This document shows positions 13,637-26,214 of a stretch of DNA of 64,000 nucleotides, piece after piece. This DNA comes from Mobula hypostoma (Eukaryota). The stretch lies in assembly GCF_963921235.1 (NCBI RefSeq), contig NC_086097.1, forward strand, positions 153,638,001 to 153,702,000. Direction: 5' to 3'. The translations under genes and the position numbers were made by a program. Every line of letters starts with the position of its first letter. Within the stretch, counting starts at the first letter, position 1. Below the pieces are notes generated by a model. It was not told the origin of the DNA. It ran no database searches and saw only the letters and a list, made by a program, of their open reading frames with translations.

Positions 13637-13838
13637 CCTCCAAATTTATTATCAAAATACATATACATCACCACATACAACCCTGAGATTAATTTCTTGG
13701 GATTCACAGTAAATACAAGAAAAACAATTGAATCTTTGAAAGACTGCACCAACAAGATGGACAAACATCCAATATGCAAAAAACAATGAACTGTATAAAT
13801 ACAAAAAGAAACAAATCTAGAGAAATAGTAATAATAAT
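13637..13838 (-). mobile_element. Rex1-type LINE 3' tail, resuming at about 16255-16345
   Basis: Same tail family as 59345-59560 (tttattatc...catcaccacat.caaccctgagatt). The continuation aacatgagacgaagagtccttgaaagtga follows the R4 insertion. Confidence 0.65.
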
Positions 13839-14656
13839 GGGATATCAACAAGTAAAGAAAGTAGATCATAGTGTGTTGAAGGAAAAACTTTTGACAAAAA
13901 CTTATTTCAAGGCTTAAGAAAATCTGCCAGAGTTCAACAGTAAAAATACAATAAAGGCAATAAACACTTTCAATATATTTATATTAATGTATTTTTTGCC
14001 ATTATATCTTGGTCAAAACTGATCTGGAAAATTTACAAAGAACAATAAGGACTGAAATGACAAATTTCAGAAAATATTATGCATACTCAAATGTGCTTAT
14101 TTTAACACTACCTAGGACAGAAGGGGAAGAGGAATGACAGACATTAGAAATCTACACAACAGTCAGATAAAATTTCTGATGATATATCTTCATGAACAGA
14201 AACAGGATTTAGCTCTCCACATGAGCATATGCAATTCTGATAAGAGACATACACCACTAAACTTAAATGAGAGCACAAAACAGGAAAGTGAAGAACGTAT
14301 CACCATTGAAGAAACAGTTAACCAATGGAATACATCATCATAATCTGGGTAGACCATGACGACCAGAAAGTGTCAAATGCCTGGCTCAGAGTTGGAGACC
14401 TCTCCCCAGAAACAGAAGGGTTCCTTGTGGCAATACAGGACCAGGTGGTTAACACAAGAAGTTATCAAAAATACATAATAAAATTCTTGATGATAAATAT
14501 AGAAAATGCCAAGGAAAACCAGAAGCAATCCAACACATTGCAGGATCCTGCAGTTGTTTAATTCTATCTGATTCCTTGCACAGGCAAAATCAAGTGGCAA
14601 ATATCATTCACCAAAATCTTGCTTTAAAACACAAACTCAAAAAAGAAATCATATCT

Positions 14657-15315
14657 TCAAGTTAAGTCAAATTAAGTCAAGTCACTTTTTATTGTCATTT
14701 CGACCATAACTGCTGGTACAGTACACAGTAAAAACGAGGCAACATTTTTCAGGACCATGGTGCTACATGAAACTACAAAATCTACACTGAACTATGTAAA
14801 ACAACACAAAACTACACTAGACTACAGACCTACCCAGGACTGCATAAAGTGCACAAAACAATGCAGGCATTACAATAAATAATAAACAAGACAATAGGCA
14901 CAGTAGAGGGCAGTAGGTTGGTGTATTGAGGCTCTGGGTATTGAGGAGTCTGATGGTTTGGGGGAAGAAATTGTTACATAGTCTGGTTGTGAGAGCCCGA
15001 ATGCTTCGGTGCCTTTTGCTAGATGGCAGGAGAGAGATGAGTCTGTATGAGGGGTGCGTGGGGTCCTTCATAATGCTGTTTGCTTTATGGATGCAGCATG
15101 TGGTGTAAATGTCTGCAATGGCAGGAAGAGAGACCCGGATAATCTTCTCAGCCGACCTCACTCTCCGCTGCAGGGTCTTGCAATCCGAGATGGTACAATT
15201 TCCAAACCAGGCAGTGATGCAGCTGCTCAGGATGCTCTCAATACAACCTCTGTAGAATGTAGTGAGGATGGGGGGTGGGAGATGGACTTTTCTCAGCCTT
15301 TGCAGAAAGTAGAGG
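14657..15315 (-). mobile_element. Rex1/Babar LINE 3' fragment nested in the R4 element
   Basis: QQRLYFLQRLRK...FYRGCIESILSSCITAWFG...FFPQTIRLLN, with an antisense (aagtc)n tail. Confidence 0.9.
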
Positions 15316-15337
15316 CGCTGCTGGATGAACAAGATAT

Positions 15338-16031
15338 TATTAGATTATGAGAACACTCAGTCCTCCTTTTATTGTCATTTAGAAATGCATACATGCATTA
15401 AGAAATGATACAATGTTTCTCCGGAGTGATATCACAGAAAACAGGACAAACCAAAGACTAACATTGACAGAAACACATAATTATAACATATAGTTACAGC
15501 AGTGCAAAGCAATACCATAATTTGATGAAGAACAAACCATGGTCACTGTAAATAAAGTCTCAAAAGTCCCCAAGTCAATCGACTCCCGAGTCCCCAATAG
15601 CAGGCGGCAAAAGGAAGAAACTCCCTGTCATGAACCTCCAGGCACCGACAACTTGCCGATGCCTTGGAAGCAGCCGACCATAGCCGACACTGAGTTCATC
15701 CGTTCAAAAACTCCGAGCTCCGACCAGCCTCTCCGATACAGCCTCCCGAGCGCCATCCTCTGCCGAGCGCCTTCGACCTCACCCCGGCTGCTGAAACACG
15801 CAAAGCCGAGGATTTCGGGGCCTTCTGCTCCGGAGATTCTGGTTACCACACAGTAGCAGTGGCAGCGAGGCAGGCATTTCAGAAGTTTTCCAGATGTTCC
15901 TCCGTGCTCTCACGTCTGTCTCCATCAAATCAGAATTGTGCACTGTCCCCTACTTGACAGATAACAGACATCACCACCAAAGTGGCCACACGCGCTGCCA
16001 TCGCGTCGCCATCTTCTCCTCCTCCTCCTCC
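15338..16031 (-). mobile_element. Non-autonomous retroposon with GC-rich 5' region and LINE-type tail
   Basis: Minus strand starts ggaggaggaggagaagatggcgacgcg, is CpG-rich, and ends ...gacaataaaagg...ctcataatctaataat. It splits the R4 peptide NKI|YIV. Confidence 0.65.
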
Positions 16032-16429
16032 AATATACATTGTCTTGATAGTAATATCTGCAACTGGTATCTTCCCAAAGTCACAACATATAGCATTAAA
16101 CAATCAGGCCTACACAGTAATATCTTTCTAAATGTCCAGAAAGCCATAATACTAAACAGCACAAGAATAGTCCAAAATTTTCTAGCAAATGAGAAATGAG
16201 TGTGCCTGACTATGCTCGTACCTCAGGTTTTATCAGCTTGAGCCCAATGATAGATAAATAAATAAACAAACAAAAAACAAACAAGCAATAAATATCAAGA
16301 ACATGAGACGAAGAGTCCTTGAAAGTGAATCCATCGGTTGAGAGGCTAGAAACCATCCCTAAGAACAATTAGGTAACAATGGAAGGGCTCATTGTTCAAA
16401 CTGTGCTTTAATTTTTATTTCATTTCATT

Positions 16430-16845
16430 TTAAGCATATCCTCTTCTTGCTACTGCTATTAGGAAGGAAGTATAGAAGCCTCAGGTCCCAAACCAGCAAT
16501 TTCAGAAACAATTATTACCTTACAATGATCAAGCTCCTGAACCAGTGTGGATAACTTCAGTCATCACGACTCCAAACTGATTTTACCACCTTCAGACTCA
16601 CTTTCAAGGATTCTTTACAACTCGTTCTTCGTATTATTTTTATTTGCATTCTCTTTTGTACTTTGGTTGTTTCTCAGTCTTTTTTGTTTATATATAGTTT
16701 TTCATAAAATCATGTTGAATTTCTCTTTACCTGTAGATGCCTGCAAGAAAATGAATATCAGGATAATATATTTTAATTTATACTGTACATGTAACATATT
16801 GCAACATTTTCATAATAAGTTTACTTTGAACATTGAACTTTGAAG
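16430..16845 (+). mobile_element. Rex1-type LINE 3' end
   Basis: GRKYRSL..TS.FRNNY-like remnant, with tail aataagtttactttgaacattgaactttgaa. Confidence 0.7.
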
Positions 16846-16924
16846 TAACTGATATTAATTCAGAGTTGAAGGCTTGTCAATGGGATTGTGCAATTTCTTT
16901 GCATTTAACACAATAATAAATTGG

Positions 16925-17125
16925 AATTGGTAGTGTAGTGGTTAGCACAACGCTTTACAGTACCAGCGACCTGCATTCAATTCCTGCTGCTCCCTGTAAG
17001 GAGTTTATATGTTCTCCCTGTGACCTCCGGGTTCTTCGGTTTCCTCCCACATTCCAAAGACATCCCAGTTGGTAGGTTCAAAGGGCCAGAAGGGCCTATT
17101 CAGCAGTCTACTCAACAAATAAAGA
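16925..17125 (+). mobile_element. tRNA-derived SINE (HE1-like)
   Basis: A-box tagtgtagtggttagc, B-box-like cattcaattcctg, and ggtttcctcccacattccaaagac core. Confidence 0.75.
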
Positions 17126-18196
17126 AAGAACTTGAAGCAAGCAAGAATCATTACAATGCTTTAGTCTGAATTCAACTCTGTACTTTCTACCAATATTGTC
17201 CTTCATCTTAATAGGGCCAAATTTCTTAAAACCTAGTCTATTAAGATCACACAGAAGTAATTATTGTATGCCTATCAACTTTGGTTTTATTAACGATGTC
17301 TATAGTCCAAAGCATTATTGTGTTCTGTTGCAGTCACAAGAAGAATTTTAAATTGTCAGTAACAGCAAGCAAAGAAAAACATTATGTAGAAATTGAATCC
17401 TCAGCAGCAGTGACCCCTGCAAACAGCAGGTCAGGAAAAATGAACAAGGCTGTGAAAGACTGTTTCAGGAGATTATGGGATTTAAGGATAGCAGAAAGGG
17501 TTTGCTAAAAGCATCAGAGATCCTTGTAGATTTTTTTTGAATAATCTATCCTAAATGGAACTCAAGTCAAGATATCAGGTGAAATAGCAAAAGAGGAAAA
17601 TAAGATGAGAGGAGACCGCAAATTGTACTCCTCTGCACTCACCAGAAAGAGATATTAGGCAACATGAATAATCAGGAACGTAAGTCAGGAAGAAATAATC
17701 TCTATGTTTCAGAGTGAGATAACACGGTAGTGTTTGTAAAGATTTGTTGAAATGACATTTTGGCCAAAGTACAGTTTTTCTTGGGCTTATACCAACATCC
17801 TCCCTGAAAAAAAAAGAGGAGAACAAAGTGACAATAGCAATATCTTCCATTTATGTTGCATCTTCAGTCTAGCAAGATGATCTTCACAGGAGTGTTGCCA
17901 ATGAGAAAGGACATGAGATATCAGTAAGCTGATTGAAATATTGGCCAAAGAGGAGGGACCAAAGAAAGACATAGAATGAACAACAGGACTTTAGTTCTTG
18001 CTAGATGAAGGCAAATCTGTCAAAGGCAGAGTGATTATATTTGGTCTCACAATTATGGAAATGTGGTGATTCAAGCACAAGTTCAATTTTATTGTCATGG
18101 GCACACATACCCAGTACTGTATATAAATACCATGAAAATATTTATTTTGCAGCAGCAGCGCAGTGCATTACAAACATGGCAAATATAATTTGCATC

Positions 18197-20680
18197 AAAC
18201 CTCTTCCTTAATGTCTATATGCTCAAGTTTTTCAGTCCGCTCTAAGTTATCCCTACAATTGCTAAGGTCCTTTTCCATAGTGAATACTGAAGCAAAGTAT
18301 TCATTAAGTATCTCCGCTATCTTCTCTGGTTCCATACACACTTTTCCACTGTCACTCTTGCTTGGTCCCTTTCTCTCACGTCTTATCCTTTTGCTCTTCA
18401 CATACTTGTAGAATGCCCTGTGCTTGCCAAGGCCTTCTTATGGCCCCTTCTGGCTCTCATTATTTCATTCCTAAGCTCCTTCCTGCTAGCCTTATAATTT
18501 TCTAGATCTCTATCATTACCTAGTCTTTTGAACCTTTCATAAGCTTTTCTTTTCTTCTTGACTAGATTTTCAATAGCCTTTGTACTCCACGGTTCCTGTA
18601 CCCTACTGTCCTTTCCCTGTCTCATTGGAACATACCTATGCAGAACGTCAAGCAAATATCCCCTGAACATTTGCCACATTTTTGCCATAGGTTTCCCTGA
18701 GAACATCTGTTCCCAATTTATGCTTCCAAGTTCCTGCCTGATGGCTTGATATTTCCCCTTACTCCAATTAAACGTTTTCCTAACTTGTCTGTTTCTATCC
18801 CTCTCCAATGCTATGGTAAAGGAAATAGAATTATGATCACTTTCTCCAAAATGCTCTCCCACTGAGAGACTTGACACCTGACCAGGTTCATTTCCCAATA
18901 CCAGATCAAGTACAGCCTCTCCTCTTGTAGGCTTATCTACATATTGTGTCATAAAACCTTCTTGAACACACCTAACAAACTCCACCCCATCTAAACCCCT
19001 TGCTCTAGGAAGATGCCAATCAATATTGGGGAAATTATCATGATAGCCCTGTTATTATTACACCTTTCCAGAATCTGTCTCCCTATCTGCTCCTTGATGT
19101 TACTATTGGGTGGACTATAAAAAACACCCAGTAGAGTTATTGACCTCTTCCTGTTCCTAACTTCCACCCACAGAGACTCAGTAGATAACCCCTCCATGAC
19201 TTCCTCCTTTTCTGTAGCCATGACACTGTCTCTGATCAGTAGTGCCACGTCCCCACCTCTTTTGCCTCCCTCCCTATCCTTTCTGAAACATCTAAAGCCT
19301 GGCACTCTAAGTAACTATTCCTGCCCTTGAGCCATCCAGATCTCTGTAATGGCCACAACATCATAGCTCCAAGTACTGATCCACACTCTAAGCTCATCCA
19401 CTTTGTTCATGACACTTCTTGCATTAAAATATACACATCTCGAAGCATCAGTCTGAGCATATCCCTTTTTTATCACCTGCCTCTCCTCACTCTCACATTG
19501 CCTACAAGCTTTCTCTATTTGTGAGCCAACCATCCCTTCCTCCATCACTTCAGTTCAGTTCCCACCCCCCAGCGATTTTAGTTTAAACTCTCCTCAATAG
19601 CCTTAGCAAACATCCCTACCAGGATATTGGCCCCCTGGGATTCAAGTGCAACCCATCCTTTTTGTACAGGTCACACCTGTCCCAAAAGAGGTCCCAATGA
19701 TCCAGAAATCTGAATTCCTACCCCACGTTCCAATCCCTCAGCCACACATTTATCCTCCAGCTCACTCTGTTCCTGTACTCACTGTCGCATGGCACAGATA
19801 GTAATCCCGAGATTACTACCTTTGCATCTCAAATTCCTTCCTAACTCCCTGTAGTCTGCTTTCAGGACCTCCTCCCTTTTCCTACCGATGTAATTGGTAC
19901 CAATATGTACCACGACCTCTGGCTGTTCACCTTCCCACTTCAGGATATTGTGAGCATGATCAGAAACGTCCCAGACCCTGGCACCTGGGAGGCAAACTAC
20001 CATCTGTGTTTCTTTCCTGTGTCCTCAGAAATGCCTGTCTGACCCTCTAACTATAGAACACCCTATCACTGCTGCCATCCTCTTCCTTTCCCTACTCTTC
20101 TGAGCCACAGGGCCAGACTCTGTGCCAGAGACGTGGCCACTGTTGCTTCCCCGAGGTAGGTCATCCCCCCAAACAGTACTCAAACAGGAGTACTTATTGT
20201 TAAGGGGGACAGCCACAGGGATACCCTCCAGTATCTGACTCTTGCCCTTCTCTCTTCTGACTGTTACCCACTTACCTGTCTCTCAAGGACCCGCTGTGAC
20301 TCCTCTCTATCACCTCCTCTCTTTCCCTGACCATTGAGCTGCATCTCCAGTTCCCTAACCCAGTCCCTCAGGAGCTTCAGCTTGGTGCAGATGTGGCCAT
20401 CCGGGAGGCTGAGAGTCTTCCAGACTTCCGGCATCAGACACCCAGTACAGAACATCGGCCTCACAGACATACTTCCTATTCCTCACAAGTAGCTTACCTC
20501 GCCTCGAACCATTATCGCCGAAGCCCCATTAAACGAAAGCCCTCCTACTCTGTCTCCCTCTAATCTGTCGCCTACTCCTCTATGTCCACTCTATAAAGCT
20601 ATCTTCTTTTAAATCTTTCCGCCGGTCTACCTCACTGACGTCCACGCACTTGCATAGTCACGCCTCAATCAAAGATCTTC
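18197..20680 (-). mobile_element. CR1 LINE 5' half: ORF1 (zinc finger plus SGNH esterase) and ORF2 endonuclease; 3' half missing
   Basis: CTGCLM...HICTK, AAVIGCSIVRG, VVCLPGARV, VVVHIGTN; then YFNARSVMNK, DVVAITE, KPTRGEAVLDLV, GESDHNSI, LNEYFASVFT. Confidence 0.93.
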
Positions 20681-20705
20681 AGATAAGTCCTGAAGCTAGA
20701 TAAAG

Positions 20706-21910
20706 GGAACCCGATTAAATGATTAACACAAAAACATTATACTTGTTCATTTATTTATTGAGAAAATGATTCAATATTACATGTATTTGTTTGAAAAAGT
20801 TTGTGAACCTTTGTTTTCAGTAACTGGTGTGACCCCCTTGTACAGCAATAACTCCAATCAAACGTTTCTGGTAACTGTTGATCAGTCCTGCTATTAAGCT
20901 TTAGGTGCCGGACCGTTACCATGACATTGTCCTGTAAAATATCTTGATATAATTTTGAAGTCATTGTTCCCTCAATGATTGCAAGCTGTCCAGGCTCTGA
21001 GACAGCAAAGTAGCCCCAAACCATTATGTTCGCTCCACGATGCTTCGCAGTTGTTACGAAGTTTTGAGGTTGATGTGCAGTGCTCTTTTCCCTCCAAACA
21101 TAGCAATGTACATTTCTGACAAAAAGTTCAACTTTTGTCTCAACTGTCCACAGAATATTGTCCTAGAAGCATTGTGGAACATCCATGTGGTCTTTGCAAA
21201 CTAGAGACATGCAGCAATGTTTTTATTTGGAGAGCAAAGGTTTCCTGAATGGTGTCTTCCATGAACACTATTCTCGTTCAATGCTTTTCTTATAGTAGAC
21301 ACATGAACAGAGGCTTTAGCAAGTTCTAGAGATTTCTGCAGGTCTTTTGCTGTTATCCTTGAGTTCTTTTTCACTTCCTTCAGCACTGTTCCCTTATCTT
21401 TGCAGGACGCCCACTTCTAGGGAGAATAGCAGTAGGACTAAATTTCCTCCATTTGGAGGCAATTTCTCTTACTGTGGACTGATGAACACTCAGATCTTTA
21501 GAAATACTTCTGTAGTCTTTTCCAGCTTCATGCATCTCCTAAGGTTGTCTGAAAGTTGTTTTGATTGAGGCATGGTGTACATAAATAGATCTTTCTTGAG
21601 AAGAAGAGGTTCCGTCAGTAACCTGACTTGTGTGTCTTTTATAAAGGAATGCGGACTTCTACAACCCACACCTCCAATCTCATCACATTGATTGGAACAC
21701 CTGATTCCAAACAGCTTTTGTAGAAGGCATTACCTCAGAGGTTCACATACTTTTTTTGAACCTGCACTGTGATTGTTTAAATGGTGTACTCAGTAATGAC
21801 GAGAAGAAGTACAATGGTTTGTGTGTTATTAGTTTAGGCAGGTTGTGTTTGCCTATTATTGTGATCTGGATGAAGATCAGACGACGTTTTTGGTGTAACT
21901 GCAAAATTCC
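20706..21910 (-). mobile_element. Tc1-like DNA transposon, internally deleted
   Basis: ITAKDLQKSL...STIRKALNENSVHGR and MVWGYF...YQDILQDN. Related inverted ends aaaagtttgtgaacctttg (about 20795) and cagaggttcacatactttt (about 21736). Confidence 0.88.
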
Positions 21911-22214
21911 ATTGTGGCACACTCTGTTAAGATTACAGTCATGCCAATTGCAGCAAGAAACAGGCCAGTGGAGGAAAGCAATGGGTCAGGCAGCATCTAT
22001 GGAGGCAAAAGTACAGCCAATATTTTGGACTGAGATCCTGCATCAAAAAATAGTCAACCTAGAAATGGTGGAGTTAGTGAGGAACGCAGAACCTATTTAG
22101 AATATTAAATATAGGTGAAATCCAATTTCAAGGTGCACTAGAATTCAATCAGGAACCAATGTTGATCATAAAACCCCATGGTGCGTGACGGGAACTTGCT
22201 GCAATTTGGAACAT

Positions 22215-23135
22215 AGGCAGAATTAGAATTAGGATTAATACTACCAGCATATGTTATGAAAAATGTTGTTTTGCGGCCAAATTACATTTCACTACATAAT
22301 AATAAAAACTATAAATTATAATAAGAAGTATATATAAAAATAAATTAAATAGGTAGTACAAATAGGGAGGGAAATACTGAGGAAGTGTTTATGGTTTCAT
22401 TGTCCATTCAGAAATCTGATGGTGGAGGAAAAGAAGCTGTTACTGAAATGTCAAGTGTGTGTCTTCGGGCTCCTGTAACTCCTCCTTGATGGTAGCAATG
22501 ACAAGTGGGCATGTCCTGGGTGATGGGGTTCATAATGATGGATGCTGCCTTTTTGAGACATTGCCTTTTGAAGGTATTCTTGATGCTAGGGAGGCTAGTG
22601 CAAATGATGGAGCTGACAGAGTTTACAACTTTCTGCAGCCTTTTCTGAGCCTGTGCAGTGGCCTCTCCATACCAGATTGTGATGCTCTCCACAGTACATC
22701 TGTAGAAAGTTGAGAGTGTCTATGATAACATAGAAATTCTCCTCAAACTTCTAATGAAGTATAACCATTGTCGTGCCTTCTTTGTAATTGCATTATTATG
22801 TCTGGACCATAATAGATCCTCAGAGATGTTGAAAGCCAGGAACTTGAAACTGCAAACCCTTACCACTTCTGATTCCTCTTGGAAGACTGGTGTGTATACC
22901 TCACCTTTCTCTTTCTGAAGTCCACAATCAATTCCCAGGTCTTACTGATGTTGAGTGCAAGGTTGGTGCTGCAAAACCACTCAACCAGCTAGCTGATTTA
23001 TCTCGTTCCTGTACGCCTCCTTGTCATCACCTGAAATTCTGCTAACAATACTTGTGTTGTCAGCAAATTTATAGGTGACATTTGAGCTGTGCCTAGCCAC
23101 ACACTCTAGTGCGTAGAAAGAGTAGAGCAGTGGGC
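22215..23135 (-). mobile_element. Rex1/Babar LINE 3' fragment
   Basis: ITIWYG...KRLQKVVNS and antisense YKFADNT (cagcaaatttata at about 23061), with a (gaatta)n tail. Confidence 0.85.
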
Positions 23136-23409
23136 ATTGTTTGTATTTGTGGAGTTTAGGTAGGTTCTGTGTGAGGGAGATGTCACAAAACCAGAAATGG
23201 GCAGTACTAGAGAAGGTATAGATGGCTTATATCAAGATCAAGCTTGAAGGTGAATAGTCTAATTTGGCTTTAAACAACTGGCAGGGAAAGGGAAGACTTT
23301 AATGGCCATAACATGACTTCTGACAATTTATTATTTATACATACAGTATCAGAAAAATAGCACAGTGGAATCAAAAATCATCTGGATTGGTAACAATAAT
23401 GTGGAATAC

Positions 23410-23765
23410 AGTAGTAGGGCAAGTACGTTATAGGACCAGCACTAGAGTGCTGGACCACCGATCCAGTGATGGAAGTTTGAATCCCACCATGACAGCTTGG
23501 AAATTCAAACTCAAATAATCAAATACATTTGCAATTTTTTTTAAGTGCTAGCCTTGGTACCGATAAGCAGAAAATTATTAAACAGTAATAAAAAAAAACA
23601 ATCTGGTTCATTTTCACTTGCCCTCCCTTCCTTGATATGGCCTATGATTGACCCTACGATGTGGTGGTATCTTTATTTCCTATTCAGCCAAAGGAAAGTC
23701 TCAATTGGCTACAAGTGGTACCCAACTGCACATGCAATTTTGGACAAAAACAGAATAAATGTAGA
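23410..23765 (+). mobile_element. Old tRNA-derived SINE
   Basis: B-box-like agtttgaatcccaccatgacagc and aatctggttca segment. Strongly diverged. Confidence 0.5.
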
Positions 23766-24849
23766 TTATTAGAAAAGAATATACTGTGTGGCTATCGCCA
23801 CAGAGGAGCAAATATATTTGGGGATAATTATCATGAGATTATCACATTACCAATTACCTCATTGCAGACAATTGTTTGACATTTGTCTCCTAAACACACA
23901 TTTCAAAAATGTAATCTGCTTTGATTTTGATAAACTGTGTAATTTTAACATCACACAAATGCAAAATTACTCTTTTTCATCTCAGATTCATCACAGTTTA
24001 CCTATGGCCGAGGATGAGCCCTAGGTTAAATGTCCAGTCTTTTCTCAATAAATTCATTCCAGTGGGAGTGACACTCTGGACCTGTTAAACAGTCACACAT
24101 CAAAGGGCATATTTGATAAAGGCACGAGTGACTTATCAACAAGGGAAATCATACACAGCATAGTCTGTAGTACGTTTCCTCAGAATACACCTTGCACTAA
24201 TATCTGACTGCATTCCTAGAGCTGCCTCTCAATATTGGAATTGCGAACCTAAACAGGTTATTAAGTGAGCAGAATGTATATTGGATTACAATTTTCTCTG
24301 TACAGCTGCAAAACAAGCTTTTCTGTTCTCTTGTCAATGATAGAATTTGTTATTTTCTGCATTAACACTACACTTATCAGTTTTCGGTGGCTTTAGGCTT
24401 TGTCATATTAAAATAGTTTTGCCTTCTCAAGCTCGTTTGCTGTTCAGATATTTATTCATGTACAATTTACTTCCTCCTATTCCCATCTTGTTTGTAATAT
24501 TGTACATTAAATGCACTGGTGTCTTGTTTTACTCTGTCATTTATCAAGCTCATTCTCATCTTGCCATAGGGTTTCATTTTAAACAGCTGTTGATGTTCTT
24601 AATAACAGTGAGCTGCATTGCTGAAAGGTGCTTTAAAATGTCTTTCCTTCTCTCAAATGCCTGCATTAGATATTCACAGATCTCATTCTCTCCCTGGCCA
24701 CCTGGCCATATATTCGTTATCATGTTGAGTTGAGCTGGGGGGCACTGCAGCAGCAGCCAGGTCAGTGACACTGAAGCCAATCCTAAAACTCAGCAGCGAA
24801 AGGTAAAGTCAGACAGAGCAACACTGAGAGGAGACTCAGCAGTTAGGGG

Positions 24850-25500
24850 GACAAACTGAAGGTCCTGTGGCCACAAAAAAGATACAAGGATGGTGTATGG
24901 GCTCCAGGTACCTGGGTCAACGATGTCTCAGGGTGGCTGCAGAACCTTCTCAAGGTGCAAGGTGAGCAGCCGCACATTGTGGTGGATATTGGCACCAATA
25001 ACGTACCTTTATTTATTTTTATTGGTGCTGCCTGACCTGCTAGATTCCTCCAGCACTTTGGATTTCCAGCATCTGCACAATCTCTTGAGTTAAGCTGTTT
25101 TTGGACAAGTCCACATCTGACATGTGGTGGGTGTTTAAAGACCAACAAATGCATAGAGCACAGGATAGGTATGATTCAGCAAGAAGGAAGGACAAGGATC
25201 GATGTTACGAGAGGTGCTGAATTAACTCAAAAAGAAAAAGGAAATATATGTAAGATTTAGCAAGCTAAAAATCAAACAGAGCCCTTGAGGATTATAAAGA
25301 AGTCAGAAAAGAACTCACAAAAGGAATTTAAAAAGCCAGAGGGGCTTTTGCTTGTAGGATTAAAGAGGATTTCAAGGCATACTACTTATGCATCAAGAGC
25401 AAGGTAGCAGATATAATCAGTCAGGGATTAAGGAAGGAACATGTGCTTGGAGGCAGAGGATATAAAGAGGTCCTAATGAGTACTTTGTATCAGTGTCAAG
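24850..25500 (+). mobile_element. CR1 fragments (ORF1 esterase piece and ORF2 linker) with a small PLE tail at 25020-25090
   Basis: GEQPHIVVDIGTNN at about 24960-25003 and atgagtactttgtatcagt (NEYF.SV) at about 25477. Confidence 0.7.
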
Positions 25501-25509
25501 GTTCGAATA

Positions 25510-26195
25510 ATCTCCTCTTATTTCTCTCTCAACAAACTAGAAAAGATCCCATCAGGGCCTGGGGATTAATGCTCTTCAATAGACCTAACTGTGCCACCAT
25601 CTTGATCCTGAAATTCCTGCCTTAGAATATCTCAGCCCATCCCTCCATGTTCTTCTCCTTTTGCAGAATGTTTAGTAACTCACCCACACCCGGGCTCCAA
25701 TCATAAACTCACCCCTCTGTTCTTGAGTGAATCTACTCTCTCCCTGGTTACCCTATTGTATTTTATTTATGTATGTATCAAATAACTTGGGATTCTCTTT
25801 AACCTCATTCAATGGACTGTTCATGGTACTTTTAAATCCTCCTGATTCCCTGTTTAAATTCACGGCTGTTTTCTTTATATTCCTCACAGGCTCTGTTTGA
25901 TTTCATTATCCTAATCCTTCCAAATTCTGATACCTCTTCTTGACTAAATTTGCAATGTCTCTTATCATACAAAATTCCCAAACCTTGATATTCTTCTTTC
26001 TTCTTTACAAGAACATGCTGGTCTTGAATTCTGATCATTTAGCTTTTAAATTATTTCTACATGGCACATGAGACTCACCTAATGATTGTCACTCCCAATC
26101 TATTGTACCCAACTCCTGCCCAATATCGTTGTAATTTTCCTTTTCCCAGTTTAGCACTTACACATAAGGTCCAGTCTTATCCTTATCCATAATAA
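25510..26195 (-). mobile_element. Decayed CR1 ORF2 linker fragment
   Basis: EEYKENSREFKQGIRR on the minus strand, homologous to 25260-25340 on the plus strand. Confidence 0.65.
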
Positions 26196-26214
26196 TTAGA
26201 TGACTGATAACTGA

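Larger units (their letters stand above)
13839..16255 (+). mobile_element. R4/Dong-clade (RLE-type) non-LTR retrotransposon, 5'-truncated and interrupted
   Basis: Frameshifted peptides: GYQQVKKVDH, NSKNTIKAINTF, SNAWLRVGDLSPETEGFLVAIQDQVVNTRSYQKYIIK, degenerate CCHC region EAIQHIAGSC, NQVANIIHQNLA, WMNKI|YIVLIVISATG, VQKAIILNSTRIVQNFL. Confidence 0.85.

Noticed and set aside
16925..17000. tRNA-like sequence
   Set aside because: It continues into a SINE body with no full cloverleaf, so it is a SINE head rather than a tRNA gene.
17646..17679. Candidate 34-nt exon KEILGNMNNQE with a gtaagt donor
   Set aside because: The surrounding purine-rich sequence looks like decayed repeat and the peptide is not recognised.
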